Counted from the first letter of the stretch, positions 48,906-61,835 are shown. The stretch: DNA of 64,000 nt from Octopus sinensis (GCF_006345805.1 NC_042999.1:16058001-16122000); one strand, 5' to 3'. Notes: generated from the letters alone by a model not told the origin. A program made the numbers and translations.

Positions 48906-49078
48906 CATTGAAAAATACCTTAGGGATGAGAACCCAGGTTCAAAATTTCCCCAAGACATCTGATGAAGGCTGGAGGGTATATCAGCCGAAACGTATTAAC
49001 AACAAACAAGATGACAAATATCGTCAAATGTAAATAATGTAAATAATGTACATAATTTTTCATCTCTTAAATATAGAA
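48786..49078 (+). mobile_element. tRNA-head/(TAA)n/hammerhead-tail element, copy 2 (empty TAA tract)
   Basis: gggcatagtggttaagagcgtgggctactaaccctaagattccgagttcaattccaggcagtgacctgaa (taa)n caacattgaaaaatacc... Confidence 0.8.
48955..48995 (+). ncRNA. Hammerhead core in copy 2 tail
   Basis: gacat CTGATGA a ggctg-gagggtatat-cagcc GAAA cgt; 3' strand of stem I partly deleted in this copy (gtgtt is intact in copies 1 and 3). Confidence 0.6.
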
Positions 49079-49266
49079 TTGTGTTATTAATTGTTTAACT
49101 TTTTTTGCATAGGTAAAAAGTTACGAGTCATTTGATTCAACAGCTTTAATAAGATTGCTAATAAATGAAACTATTGCCATTAAACCCATTTGCATTGCAA
49201 TAGGTACCATCTAACCTTTTCTTGTTCTTTTTTAAAAGCAAAAGACAAATTTCATCATCGTTACTG

Positions 49267-49299
<33 letters not shown>

Positions 49300-49671
49300 C
49301 TATCATCATCCCCATCATTATCACCACCACCATCATCACCATCATCATCATCACTGTCGTGATCATCTCCACTATTATCATCGTCGTCATCATCCTGAAC
49401 ATCATTACCATTGACATCATCATCATTATCATCATCGTTGTCGTCGTTGTCATCACGTCATCATCATAATCAGACATTATCATTATAATCATCACTTTCA
49501 TCATCACCAACATTGTTGTCTTTGCCATCATCATCATTTAAACGTCCATTTTTTCAATGTTCATATCATGGGTGAAACGGAATTTGTCAAGAGAGATTTC
49601 CTACATTCAGATGCCCATCCCATCACCAATCCTTCATACATTTCCCAATAAAGAAATATCCTCTCATTGTA

Positions 49672-49900
49672 ATGAGCTGGCAGAATCGTCAGCTCGCTGG
49701 ATGAAATCCTTAGCGGTATTTCGTCTGCCATTACATTCTGAGGTCATATTCCACTGAGCTCAACTTTGTCTTTCATCCTTTTGAGATTGATTAAATAAAT
49801 ACCAGTTACGCAATGGGGTTGATGTAATCAACATAATCCCTTTGTCTGTCCTTGTTTGTTCCCTCCATGTTTAACCTCTCTGTGGGCAATAAAGAAATAA
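49672..49900 (+). mobile_element. SINE family B
   Basis: gagctggcagaatcgtcagc...gtgggcaataaagaaataa. Confidence 0.85.
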
Positions 49901-51108
49901 GAGCACGGGCTACTAACCCCAAGATTCCGAGTTCGATTCCAAGCAGTGACCTGAATAATAATAATAATAATAATGATAATAATAATAATGATGATAATAA
50001 TGATAATAATAATAATAATAATAATAATAATTTCGGAATTAGAGATAGACATACAAGAAACAAGCACAGAAAAAGCTAGGCGCATGAAAACCCGTGCCAA
50101 AACTGCGGCCTTAGATATTCTGAATAATAAATGGCAAGAAAAACCTCTCTATGGCAAATACCCAAAGAGAGCGAATAATGCAGATATCGACAAAGTCCTG
50201 ACCCATCAATGGCTAATGGCCTCTGGCTTAAAATCTGAAACAGAGGGGTTTATCATAGCAGCTCAAGATCAATGCCTACCAACAAGAAACTACCAGGCCA
50301 ACATATTAAAGAACGGCAGTAGCCCAACATGTCGTGTATGCCGACAACAAAATGAAACCATTGATCATGTTGTCTCCAAATGCAGACTTCTAGCGCCTAC
50401 AGAGTACCTCAATAGGCATGATAGAGCTGCACAATATATTCACTGGGTAATTTGCAAAAACCTGGATTTGCCCCATGAAAAATCTGGTGGGAACACAATC
50501 CACCTCTAGTGCTTGAAAATGACCACATCTCACTCCTCTGGAACTTCACCATTCAAACTGACAGGAAGATAGATGCAAATAGGCCAGACATCATATTGAA
50601 AGACTTCAGACAAAGAACATGCCTCCTCATTGATATGACTGTCCCAATCGATATAAACGTATCTGTCAAGACCTACCAAAAACTGAGCAAATATAAAGAT
50701 CTTGAAATAGAAATCAGAAAAATGTGGAAGCTGAAGACTAAAACAATACCTGTTGTCATAGGTGCCCTGGGAATGATAGCGAAAGGGACTGATTGCTACC
50801 TAACTCAGATACCAGGAAACCCCAAATTGGCAGAAATTCAAAAGATAGTGCTCATGGGAACTGCTTATATCCTATGCAAAATACTCTCTATGTAATCCCA
50901 AGGTTTAAAACAAACTTTTTTTTTATTTTTATATATTTTTAAATTTTTTTTATTTTTATGTATTAGACATTCACTAGTACAACACCAAAGAAAAAAAACC
51001 AAAAAACCCCCCCAAAATATATGGCACAGAACTTCCAACCTGTTGTCTCTTGAGGTCTCTGGGTGAGACTTGGAGCCAACTTGTACAGACATAAGGCAAA
51101 AGTCAAAC

Positions 51109-51168
<60 letters not shown>

Positions 51169-51316
51169 TAATAATAATAATAACAACATCAAAAAATATC
51201 TTAGGAATGAGAATCTAGGTTTGAAATTTTCCCAAGATTCCTGATAAAGGCTGGAGGGTATATCAGCTGAAACATTGTGTTAACAACAAACAAGATGAGG
51301 ACAAATATCCATCAAG
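49899..51316 (+). mobile_element. tRNA-head/(TAA)n/hammerhead-tail element, copy 3 (TAA tract filled by Dong)
   Basis: Head 49899-49954, (taa)n to 50030; (taa)n resumes ~51111 and tail 51184-51316 with ctgataa a ggctg..cagct gaaa cattgtgtt (51241-51281). Confidence 0.8.
50031..51110 (+). mobile_element. R4/Dong-clade non-LTR retrotransposon, 5'-truncated (CCHC + REL endonuclease)
   Basis: KWQEKPLYGKY..GLKSETEGFIIAAQDQCL..CRVC..ETIDHVVSKC..RHD, 1-bp frameshift near 50484, WNFTIQTDRKIDANRPDII..LIDMTVP..KLSKYKDL..IPVVIGALG; stop at 50893-50895. Confidence 0.9.
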
Positions 51317-51578
51317 TTTTATACAAGATTGGAAACAAATGATACCACTTATATGACAATGAGACTTGTTTAGAACTCTCATGCAATGTGAAGACAAAGA
51401 GGCACAAACACATATATATGCACACACATACATGCACACACATATATACACACTCACATACATAGGTGCATACATATATAAATACATGTATGCGTGTGTG
51501 AATGAGAGGATGTATTTCTGCATATCGTTATACTGTGTTACTGACAATGAAATTGTGTTTGCATGGTATCACTTAAAC

Positions 51579-52268
51579 TAGTGGTTCCCAAACTTTTTGG
51601 GGCTGTCGCCCCCTTGACATCTATGTCACCTTCCTAGCACGCCCACTCCAACTAACCATCACAAACATAGAGCTCTTTCTGAAGCAAATTCAAAGCAACT
51701 GTATTTCACAAATAAAACTTAACTTTAGTGGCTGTGTGGTAAGTAGCTTGCTTACCAACCACATAGTTCTGGGTTCATTCCCACTACGTGGCACCTTGGG
51801 CAAGTGTCTTCTACCATATCCTCAGGATGACCAAAGCCTTGTGAGTGGATTTGGTAGACGGAAACTGAAACAAGCACATTGTATATATGTATATATATGT
51901 ATGTGTGTATATATGTTTGTGTGTCTGTGTTTGTCTCCCCAACATCACTTAACAACCGATGGTTGTATGTTTACATCCCCATAACTAGCAGTTTGGCAAA
52001 AGAGGCCGATAAAATAAATACTAGGCTTCCAAATAATAAGTCCTGTGTTTGATTTGCTCGACTAAAAGGTGGTGCTCCAGCATGGTCAAACGACTGAAAC
52101 AAGTAAAAGAGTAAAAGATTAAAAGAGTAATAAACCCATTATTTTGTTGTTTTTTACATGAATTGCTACCCCATTATCACCCCCCCCCCCCCCACCTTTT
52201 CTTCAACACCCCTTTGGAACTTTCTACCAATCCCGAGGGGGCAATACCACTCGCTTTGGGAACTAATG
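51579..52268 (+). mobile_element. hAT-like MITE split by SINE A (51727-52128)
   Basis: tagtggttcccaaac ... tttgggaactaatg imperfect TIRs; body shared with 42417-43125. Confidence 0.55.
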
Positions 52269-52529
52269 AGGTTTCACACTGGTAGGACCAGTGGAATATT
52301 GATATCTTGCTTGAAAAGCAAATAGGGTGGTAGCAGCAGAAAAGATACCAGGCTGCAGGATATTGCTACAGGAAGTCTTGACAAATGTATGCCAGAATGA
52401 GGAAAGTGTGCGTAAAAAATGTGATGATGATGATGATGATGATATGACAAACATAGTAAACATTATACTTTGGCTGAAGAATTTCTCTTTGTAGATTTTA
52501 GTTTTTCTTTATAATTTATAGATTATGTA

Positions 52530-52574
52530 TATATATATATATATATATAAATCTTTCTCTTCTCTCTCAATCTC

Positions 52575-52619
<45 letters not shown>

Positions 52620-52777
52620 TATATATGTATATATATGTATATATGTATATATATATACACACATATATATGCATAATATATGCATATATATGTGTGTGTG
52701 CATATATATATTTATGTATACATGTATATATATATATATGTATATATATAATATATATATATATAGATATATATATA

Positions 52778-52857
<80 letters not shown>

Positions 52858-52860
52858 ATG
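52530..52860. repeat. (TA)n-rich microsatellite block
   Basis: Directly visible. Confidence 0.95.
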
Positions 52861-52960
52861 TTTATATATTCAAGCATAGTTCTAATATATTTTGCAGCTT
52901 TAGATTTTTAAAATAATCAGTGGTTGTTAATAAAACACTGCACATACACACACACTCCCC

Positions 52961-52993
<33 letters not shown>

Positions 52994-54169
52994 CATACAT
53001 ATCTTGTTTCACAATAAATTTTCATATGAAATGGAAATCTATATAAGTTGGCAGACAATCATAGCATTTTGTTACTTCTTAACATAAAAGTTCAATTTTT
53101 TAAAAGCAGTCTTGAATTTATTTAATCTAAATTTTTTTTTCCTCTTCTCTATTTTCTTTTTTTTTTTCATCTTTTTTATTTTTTTTTGTTTTTCATATCT
53201 ACTCGGGAATTCTATATTTTATCTATGAGAAATATTGTTAGCACTGAAAGTAAGAATCTTGAAATATACCCATTATCATATGTTTATTTATTCAACTAAA
53301 AACTAAAGTTAAACAAAAACACAACCTATCTATATAATAATATTTACCTGTGAGATAACAGCAAAAACTTCCACATTATTGCTTTTGAAAAAACACTCTC
53401 CACTTGTGAAAAATGCATGGGAAAATATTTGGCAAAAGTAAACAATTTCCAGTTATATCATTTGATTTGTTATCAAATGTAAGCAAATTATAAGCAATAT
53501 TTTTTTAATCATCTCTTTATATTAATATTAATTTTCTTCTATTGCATTTTTTATGTTTGCCAAAAACTCTCATGGAGTCACGAGAAATTTATTTTTTCCT
53601 GCCAAAGTAAACAATACGAAATTAGATTATTGTAAAAACAAAAACCAAAAACAGAAATTAGAAATGAGTTATTAGTTATAAAATGTGTAAGCAAATTATA
53701 AAAATATTATTTATTCATTTTATATAAGACTAGATGTCACAGTGGTTGGCCTTTCTTGTTGTTGGTTGATAGTGTTGCAAAAACAGTAACTTAGCCACCT
53801 TTACTATGGCTGAGATGTTTCCAGAAGGAATTTCCTTGCCTCAAGTATACTAAACCTCTTTCCACTCATGGATAAGCTATAAAGGAAAGATGAGTTAGGT
53901 GTTTCGCTTATAAACACACAAATCGTCCGGTCTGAGATCTGAACTCACGATCCCTCAACCGTAAGTCCTCTGCTCTAACCACTAGGCTATGTGCCTCCAC
54001 CAAATGGTGCTGCAGGGTATGTCAGATATTGGTTAAGTATAGTTGTACATATCTGCCTTAAGGTCCCTTTCTCTGGATTTTCTGTAGGGATTTACATCTT
54101 TAGACATATTAAAATGTTCAATAAATTACTTCACAAGGCAGCATGGATTTGTTTTAGAAGGTTTCGATA

Positions 54170-54672
54170 ATTAAACTATGGCCATGCTGGGGCACCACCT
54201 TAAATGGTTTTAGTCAAAGAAATCAACCCCAGTACTTACATTTATTTCCTTTTTTTTAAAAATCTGGTACTTATTTTATTGGTGTCTTTTGCTGAACCAC
54301 TAAGTTACAAACCCTTACCAGTTGTCAAACAGTAGGAGTGGTGGTGGTTGTAGGGGAGCAAACACAGACACCTCCATACAAAAACACACACATGCAAACA
54401 AACGCACACACACACACAAACATACACACACAAACACACACACACACATGCATACACACACAAAAACATACGCACAACACACACACACATTTATATATAT
54501 ATGTATGTATGTATATGACAGGCTTCCATACCATTTCTATCTACCAAAATTCACTCAAGGCATTGGTCAGCCCAGGGTTATAGTTGGAGACACATGCTGT
54601 CACAGTATGGGATTGATCTCAAAACTATATGGTTACAAAGCAATCTTCTGAACCACACAGCCATGCCTGCGT
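54170..54672 (-). mobile_element. SINE family A with expanded (CA)n
   Basis: ggccatgctggggcaccacct...aaccacacagccatgcctgc. Confidence 0.8.
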
Positions 54673-54699
54673 CTATGTAATATATAATCATGTGATCAT

Positions 54700-54952
54700 G
54701 TGACCAACCAGGCTATCTGATGCTGTCACACATCGCTGGTCACAGTGCGCTTTTGCATTGTTTTAGCCTTCAAATGACACCACCTCGCTGGCTAGGTGAG
54801 CAGGTCAACATTCCCCTGATTGAAAGGGGGACCGTAGCAACGTGGAAGGAAATGTTTTGCTCAAGAACACAACGTGCTGCCCAATCAGGGAATCGAACCC
54901 ACGATCTAACAATCATGAGTGCGGCAACCTAACCACTGGGCCACACACCTTC
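54700..54952 (-). mobile_element. SINE family D-like
   Basis: tgctcaagaacacaac...gggaatcgaaccc...ctaaccactgggcc (reverse-strand A and B boxes). Confidence 0.7.
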
Positions 54953-56962
54953 ACTTAATATGTAATAAGTAAACAAAATAATCAGATTCATTTTGAAGAG
55001 TTTTGACCACCTGGGAGAGTATAATCATTGACATTATTTTAAACAGAGTGGTTCTTATCAGATATTTGCTAATTATAACAATGATACAGAAAGAAGCAAA
55101 TATAATTACAAACACTAAAGCAGAATTAGTTTAGTCTTGCTGTAAGTTTGAAGGGAAAATGTCTTCTATAGTACCTTCAGGTACAACCAAGTTTCCATCA
55201 TCATCATCATCATCATCATTATCATCATCATCATTGTCGTTGTCATCGTTGTCGGCAGCATCGTCATCATCGTTGTCATCGTCGTCATCGCTGTCACCAT
55301 CACTGTCATCATCGTCATCAATTTAATGTGTATGTTTTTTCATGGAATTTGTGGTGGCAGATTTTCTATGGCTGGATGTCCTTTCTGTCACCAACCTTTA
55401 CCTGTTAACACCCAAAATCCTTTAAAACCACATAGTAGAAGACACTTGCCCAAGGTGCCATGCAGTGGGACTGAACCTAAATACACATAGTTAGGAAACA
55501 AGCTTCTCCACCATACAGCCACATCTGCACCACCATGATCACAAAATGGTAGACAGAAGCCTGTTGTGATGGGCTCGGGTGGGTAGGCTACATTGATCAA
55601 ATGATCTTTGGGTGCCTTTAATGGTATCCACTCTGTCGCTAGTATTCGAACTAGGTTTCCATTTTCTATTTATGGATTATCATGAATTGTAGGCTCTTCC
55701 TCTGAACCCCTCTACTAATCTTAATGTTTGACAAAAGAGGCACAGGTGCTGCTCCTCCTCCAATGAACAGGATTAAAAAATTATAAAAAAAAGATAAGAA
55801 AATGGAGAAAAGAAAATAGATAAACAGAAAATGCCAGTAGTATGGGCTTAGATAGAAATCTCTGTTCCTGTAAAACTGGCACGCACAAACAGCAGGTGGG
55901 AAACAATGCTTTATCAAATAAATCTAAACGAAAAACTGAAATCTGAAATAGTTGTTTGGAAAATAATTTTATTAACAATTAACTAACTTTTATAAAACAT
56001 TACCAGACTATAATACTGCTTGTTTGAATATTATTTAAAAACATTAAAGATATAGTGGGAGGATTCAATAAAGTTCCCGGCTAACAATTGAAGAGGTTTT
56101 GTGCTAAGCGAGATAAAATAGTTGTTGAGATAAGGGACAGAATTTAGGAGTAATTATGTTAGAATGAGATAAAAAGGTTATGTAATTTTCTTACACAAAG
56201 AGCATACAGAGATTGGCAATAAAGCATTGAGGGCAGAATAATTTAATTTTGTAGCACTAGACTAACTAGATAATTGGCAAGTATTTTGGCTGTTTTGAGC
56301 TTTTCGGTTTAAACCAGGCAAAAGTCTATTATAACTTTGTGTAGTGTGAATAGATTAGAGTATCTTTTAGGGTATCTCGACTGAACAAAAGAATAATGAT
56401 TATATCAAACAACAGTCTTATAAAAGAACAATCTTTGCACAGTTCTCCAAACAAGGAATTTTGTGATTCATTTGCTGAGGCATTTACTATATTATTAGAT
56501 TAGATCAAAGAATTTAAGTAAAATAAACTATAGTTCTTATAGTTCTCACACAAAACAGCACCATTAAATAAAAAAGTCAGTTTAGATTCCTTATAATCAA
56601 TGTATAGACACATGTTTTTCTAGTTGATTAATATGCCAAAGAATATGAATGAAGTCTAAGACCTCTATTAAAGAATTCTAGACTTAAATAGCAAAGATTG
56701 GATGATTGGACGTCTGGATACTAAGAATTAGAATTTGGCATCTTCTCACACTGAAATTAGGAAAATATTTCTTGATGCAGGTACGACTGTATGTTAAGTA
56801 GTCTGCTTTGTAATCATGTTGTTTCAAGTTCAATCTCACTGCCGGACACATTGAGCAAGTGTCTTCTATTAGAGACGTGGATTGACTAAAGCTTTGTGAA
56901 TGAAATTTCATCATCATCATCATCATCATCATTATCATCATCATTTAACATCCGCTTTCCAG

Positions 56963-57190
56963 TGGCAAGCTGGCAGAAATGTTAGCATGCTGGGCGAAAT
57001 GCTTAGTTGTATTTTGTCTGCTGTTACGTTCTGAGTTCAAATTCCGCCGAGGTCGATTTTGCCTTTCATCCTTTCAGGGTCAATTAAATAAATACCAGTT
57101 TTGCATTGGAGTTGGTGTATTTGACTTAATCCCTTTGTCTGTCCTTGTTTGTCTTCTCTATGTTTATCCCCCTGTGGACAATAAAGAAAT
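56963..57190 (+). mobile_element. SINE family B
   Basis: Consensus match. Confidence 0.9.
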
Positions 57191-57959
57191 AAAAAAAATA
57201 TTTTTACTGACCAATAGAAAAAGTTTGTGAGAACTGATTTGCATATAATTAGCATGGTTATACCACCAGTAAAAATTTAATCAGTGCAGCGACGGTGAAG
57301 TGAACAACATTTTGCTGAGGAAGTCCAGTAAGTCTGAAACATAACCAGAGTTGTCACCATAGTTACCAAACACCATACAACCGATTCTCCTGCTTCTTCA
57401 ACTTAGCTCTATTTAAATTTTGGTTGATTGGAATTTCAGGATTCTCTCCTTTGATACTTTTAAGAATAATTTTCATTAACACTAATTACTTTCCTTCTCA
57501 TTAAAGTTCCAGGTGCAATTAACAGAAAATTATTTTTAGTTCACTATCTCAATATCTCAAGTGTGATAATATAACCTAATCAGTCCTCTTAATGTTATCA
57601 TATGCATTAATTATACATAGACGTATGTAAAAGTAATTACTCTTTACCAAAGGTTCAAATGACACCAAATTTTGGTTCACAAAGTGATAAGTTTGAATGT
57701 TGATATTAAAGAGAACAGAAATCATAAATGTGACAACGTATAATCTTTGAACTGAGAAATGAGACATTCTGGATCTGTACAAGAATTTGTGTTCCAACTC
57801 TGGTTATGTAGAAAACTGCTGATCAAGTTGAGAGAAAGGAATAAGGAGCCATGATTGTTTACTTAAAGAGAAGAAGACAAAGGAGGATAAGACACCATAA
57901 AAGTATATAAAAGAGATTGTATACAATGTTTGATGCAGACACAGGTGTAGCTGTCTTGT

Positions 57960-58030
57960 TAACCCCAAGATTCAGAGTTCAATTCTAGGCAGTGACCTGA
58001 ATAATAATAATAGCAATAATAATGACAACA
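57960..58030 (+). mobile_element. Head + (TAA)n fragment of the hammerhead-SINE family
   Basis: aaccccaagattcagagttcaattctaggcagtgacctgaataataataa. Confidence 0.75.
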
Positions 58031-59362
58031 ACTACAATCCGGAACTCAGTGGTTGGTAAGCAAGTTACGTACCACTGAACCACTCTAAATGGTGGTGCCC
58101 CAGCATAAATGGCAGTGCCCCAGCATGGCCTCAGCTTGTGAGCTGAAACTAGAGGAAATAAAAAATGAAAAATATATAAATGTATAGTTTGTTTCTAAAC
58201 TATGTGATCTCGGGTTCAATCCCACTGTGTTGTACCATAAGCAGGTACCTTCTACTATGTTCATCACTCCTGAATGGGATTTGAGGTGAGTTATCTCACC
58301 AGTCTATGACTTTCAGCTGTTTTAACACCCAGTGCTTTGAGGGAGTCATCCCTGCAGTGCTAAGTCACAGCCTACCGGCAAACAAGCTAAGCTCATACAT
58401 TGTGTATGTGTGCTCAATAATATTTACAATACTTGTGCTGTTTCTAATTCATATTTAAATTTACTCTTACATATGCATCATCATGACATACCAGCAAATG
58501 GTTTTTTACAGTATTTGCCTATAGCCATGGAATGGTGATTCAGTTCATATTCTATTCAATTCTGGGACCTTATATTAATAAGCCACAAAAAAGTTGAAAC
58601 ATCGATGTCTATCACTCCTAAATGGGACGATTTATCTTGCCTGTCTAAGACTTTTGGGTGTTTTAGCATCTGGTACTTTGAGGAAGTTATACCCACCATG
58701 CTCAATCACAGCCAACTGGTGAACAAGTGAAATGCATGCCTTTAGTATGTGTGGTCAATAATGTTTACAACACTAGCACTGCTTCTAATTTTTCTTTGAA
58801 TATATATATCTTTTATCTTTTTGCGAGACCACTACATCACATCTGAAAAATGACATTGCTTAAATGGCAGCCATTTCCAGCTTTGCACACCTATGCTCTT
58901 TCCAAAACTGGCACCACATCACCCTCAAGGGTTTCAGACCCCACTTCTCTGATTTCTCTATTGATGTTCCCCTTCACTTGCACAAGGGTCTCCAGTTTGT
59001 TGACACAAACCCTCTCTTTCAGATATCCTCACAAGATAGCTCTACATTGAAATGAAGATAGGGAAAAGTCCAGAGAAGGGCTTTTACTTTACTACTTGCT
59101 GACAAAGAGCTATGCTGGAAATGTCAAACTCTCTTTTTTCACTGAGCGCCAAGCCAATACATTTCTTGTGTGTGTCCTTACATTCGTTTTATCATTCTTT
59201 ATTTCAATTGCTTGTCTATTTGAATTGACTATTTACTGCTTGCTCACATGGACCGTCCTCATCCTTCTGACCCTTCTGGAGTCCCTGATTCATGGATTTT
59301 TCTCTATTATTCGATTATATCACCTTTTTATTCCTTTGGAGTATGTCATTTCTGCACCATCA

Positions 59363-59805
59363 GCTGTGTGGTAAGTAGCTTGCTAACAAATCACATGGTT
59401 CCAGGTTCACTCCTACGGCATGGCACCTTGGATGAGTGTCTTCTACTATAGCCTCAGGCCGACCAAAGCCTTGTGAGTGATTTGGTAGACGAAAACTGAA
59501 AGAAGCCCCTCGTATATATATATGTGTGTGTGTGTGTGTGTACGTGTGTGTGTGTGTGTGTGTGGTGTGTGTGTGTGTGTGTGGCTTTGTGTGTCCATGT
59601 TTGTACTCCCTCCATCGTTTGACAACTGAGGCTGGTAAGTTTACGTCACCATAACTTAGCGGTTCAGCAAAAGAGATCTATAGAATAAGTACTAGGCTTA
59701 CAAAGAGTAAGTCCTGGGGTTGATTTGCTCAACTAAAGGCAGTGCTCCAGCATGGCTGCAGTCAAATGACTGAAACAAGTATAAGAATACTAGAATAAAA
59801 GAATA
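59363..59805 (+). mobile_element. SINE family A
   Basis: Consensus match. Confidence 0.9.
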
Positions 59806-59814
59806 TATATATAT

Positions 59815-60346
59815 CATCATCATCATCATCATCATCATCGTTTAACGTCCGTTTTCCGCGCTAGCACGGGTTGGACGGTTCGACCGGGGTCTGGGAAGCC
59901 AGGGGCCGCTCCAGGCTCCAGTCTGATCTGGCAGAGTTTCTACGGCTGGATGCCCTTCCTAACACCAACCACTCCGTGAGTGGAGTGGGTGCTTTTTACG
60001 TGCCACCTGCACAGGGGCCGGGGGGTCCGGCATCGGTCACGATTGGTTCGAGCTTTTAACGTGCCAGCGGCACGGGGGCAACGGGATCCGGGGTACTTTG
60101 GGGATCCGGGGTACTTTGAATGGGTAGGGGGTATGTGGAATTGCTGCAGAAAGCAGCCCGGGTCTTTGCAGTCACAGCATATCTCCAGAGATCTCGGTCC
60201 TTCGCCATTGCCTCAGTGAGGCCCAATGCTCTGAGGTCATTCTTGACTACCTCATCCCATGTCTTCCTGGGTCTACCTCTCCCCCTGATACCTTCAACTG
60301 TTTGGGAGTGGCACTTCTTCACACATCTCTCTTCATCCATCCGCAG

Positions 60347-60348
<2 letters not shown>
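59815..60348 (-). mobile_element. RTE LINE 3' end (ORF C-terminus + 3' UTR + (GAT)n tail)
   Basis: LRMDEERCVKKC..VEGIRGRGRPRKTWDEVVKNDLRALGLTEAMAKDRDLWR; the UTR downstream equals family C. Confidence 0.9.
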
Positions 60349-60406
<58 letters not shown>

Positions 60407-60641
60407 CAGGGTGGCCCAAATGCAGGCTTACCGTTATCACGAAGGCACTTTAAATTTCCTTTAATACATTTTATTACATTTAAATGTCTATCTTACAAAC
60501 TGCAAAGGGAGCTTGACAAAATTAACTAAATTAGCATAGGATAATGTTTTCATATTTTTTTATAATTAAGATCTAAACTGTTGATATATGAATGTGAAGG
60601 AGAAAGTTGAATAACTGTAAACCTACTTTTGGGCCACCCTG
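60407..60641. mobile_element. Tc1/mariner-type MITE (235 bp, TA TSD)
   Basis: TA|CAGGGTGGCCCAAA ... TTTGGGCCACCCTG|TA. Confidence 0.9.
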
Positions 60642-60791
60642 TATATGTATAAAGAACATGAGGGGTTTAGTTCACTGATAATCTAAAACAATAGGGATTT
60701 GTGCTATAATTGGTCATCCAATTAGGTTCCAAGTTCACAGCTGAGGCTGGAGCTAGGGATCCATAGTAGGCTTCTGAGCCAGCAGGTATAT

Positions 60792-61004
60792 TATTAAGGA
60801 AAAGGAAAACAAAATCAAAGCAGAAAGAGTATCTCAGGTCATTTAGAATATTCAATTAGAGTAAGGTGAATAAAAAATGGAGAAGTAGAAGTAATTAATC
60901 AATTACTTCTACTTCACCATTTTTGATTCACCCTACTCTAATTAAATATTCGAAATGACCTGAGATACTTCTCCTGCCTTCATTTTATTTTTCTTTCCCT
61001 TTAA
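60792..61004. repeat. Fold-back element, ~105-bp arms, 4-nt loop
   Basis: agtatctcaggtcattt..gaagtagaagtaatt aatc aattacttctacttc..aaatgacctgagatact. Confidence 0.85.
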
Positions 61005-61029
61005 ATATATATATATATATATATATTTA

Positions 61030-61285
61030 TATAAATGAGGGTAAGATCCTTAATTTAATTATCAATCTTATCAAGTGGCCAGCATGGGAATAAAAACCTT
61101 CAAATGTAATAATTTTTATTAAAATTATAATTTAGGGTATCTAAGAGATACCTCCACGCTAGAAATAGCAGCCAAAACTTGACTCTAAAACCACATTAAA
61201 CGTTCACATTAATGTGCATTTAGAGTCATGTTTTGGCTGCTATTTCCAGCGTGGAGGTATCTCTTAGATACCCTAATTATAATTT
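61030..61285. repeat. Fold-back element (copy 2 of the 24734 family)
   Basis: Arms 61134-61189 / 61219-61274; the left extension is the reverse complement of the right extension of copy 1. Confidence 0.8.
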
Positions 61286-61320
61286 TAATTATATAAATAT
61301 ATATATATATACATACATAC

Positions 61321-61369
<49 letters not shown>

Positions 61370-61616
61370 TATATATACACACATGTATATATACATTTAT
61401 ATATATATATATATTCAAATAAGAGATTGGAGATCAGAAATCTTTCCAGTTTCCTGTTTTTGATATCATTACTCTGTAGAAAGTATTTTCGGTTTTTTTT
61501 TTTTTAAACTTTCATGCATACCTCAAACAAATATAACATCTATAAACAGATTTGGAATATAACCACATGGTTCCAGGTTCAGTCCCACTGCGTGGCACCT
61601 TGGGCGAGTGACTCCT

Positions 61617-61654
<38 letters not shown>

Positions 61655-61835
61655 TATTTCACCATGCTGACATCTAGAAGCTTTTTTTCACTCTCCCTCT
61701 GTTTATTTTCTCTTATTCCTTTTTGTTGAAGAGCATAGACTCGAAATGTAAAATAGTTTTTCATTTTTCCTGAATGTCAAACTAATATACTTGCTTGTTT
61801 TTCATACATCTATCTTTGTCTTTTTCTATAAATCT

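Noticed and set aside
58850-59350. Possible degenerate L2/Crack LINE fragment
   Set aside because: Only vague motif similarity by eye; needs a profile search.
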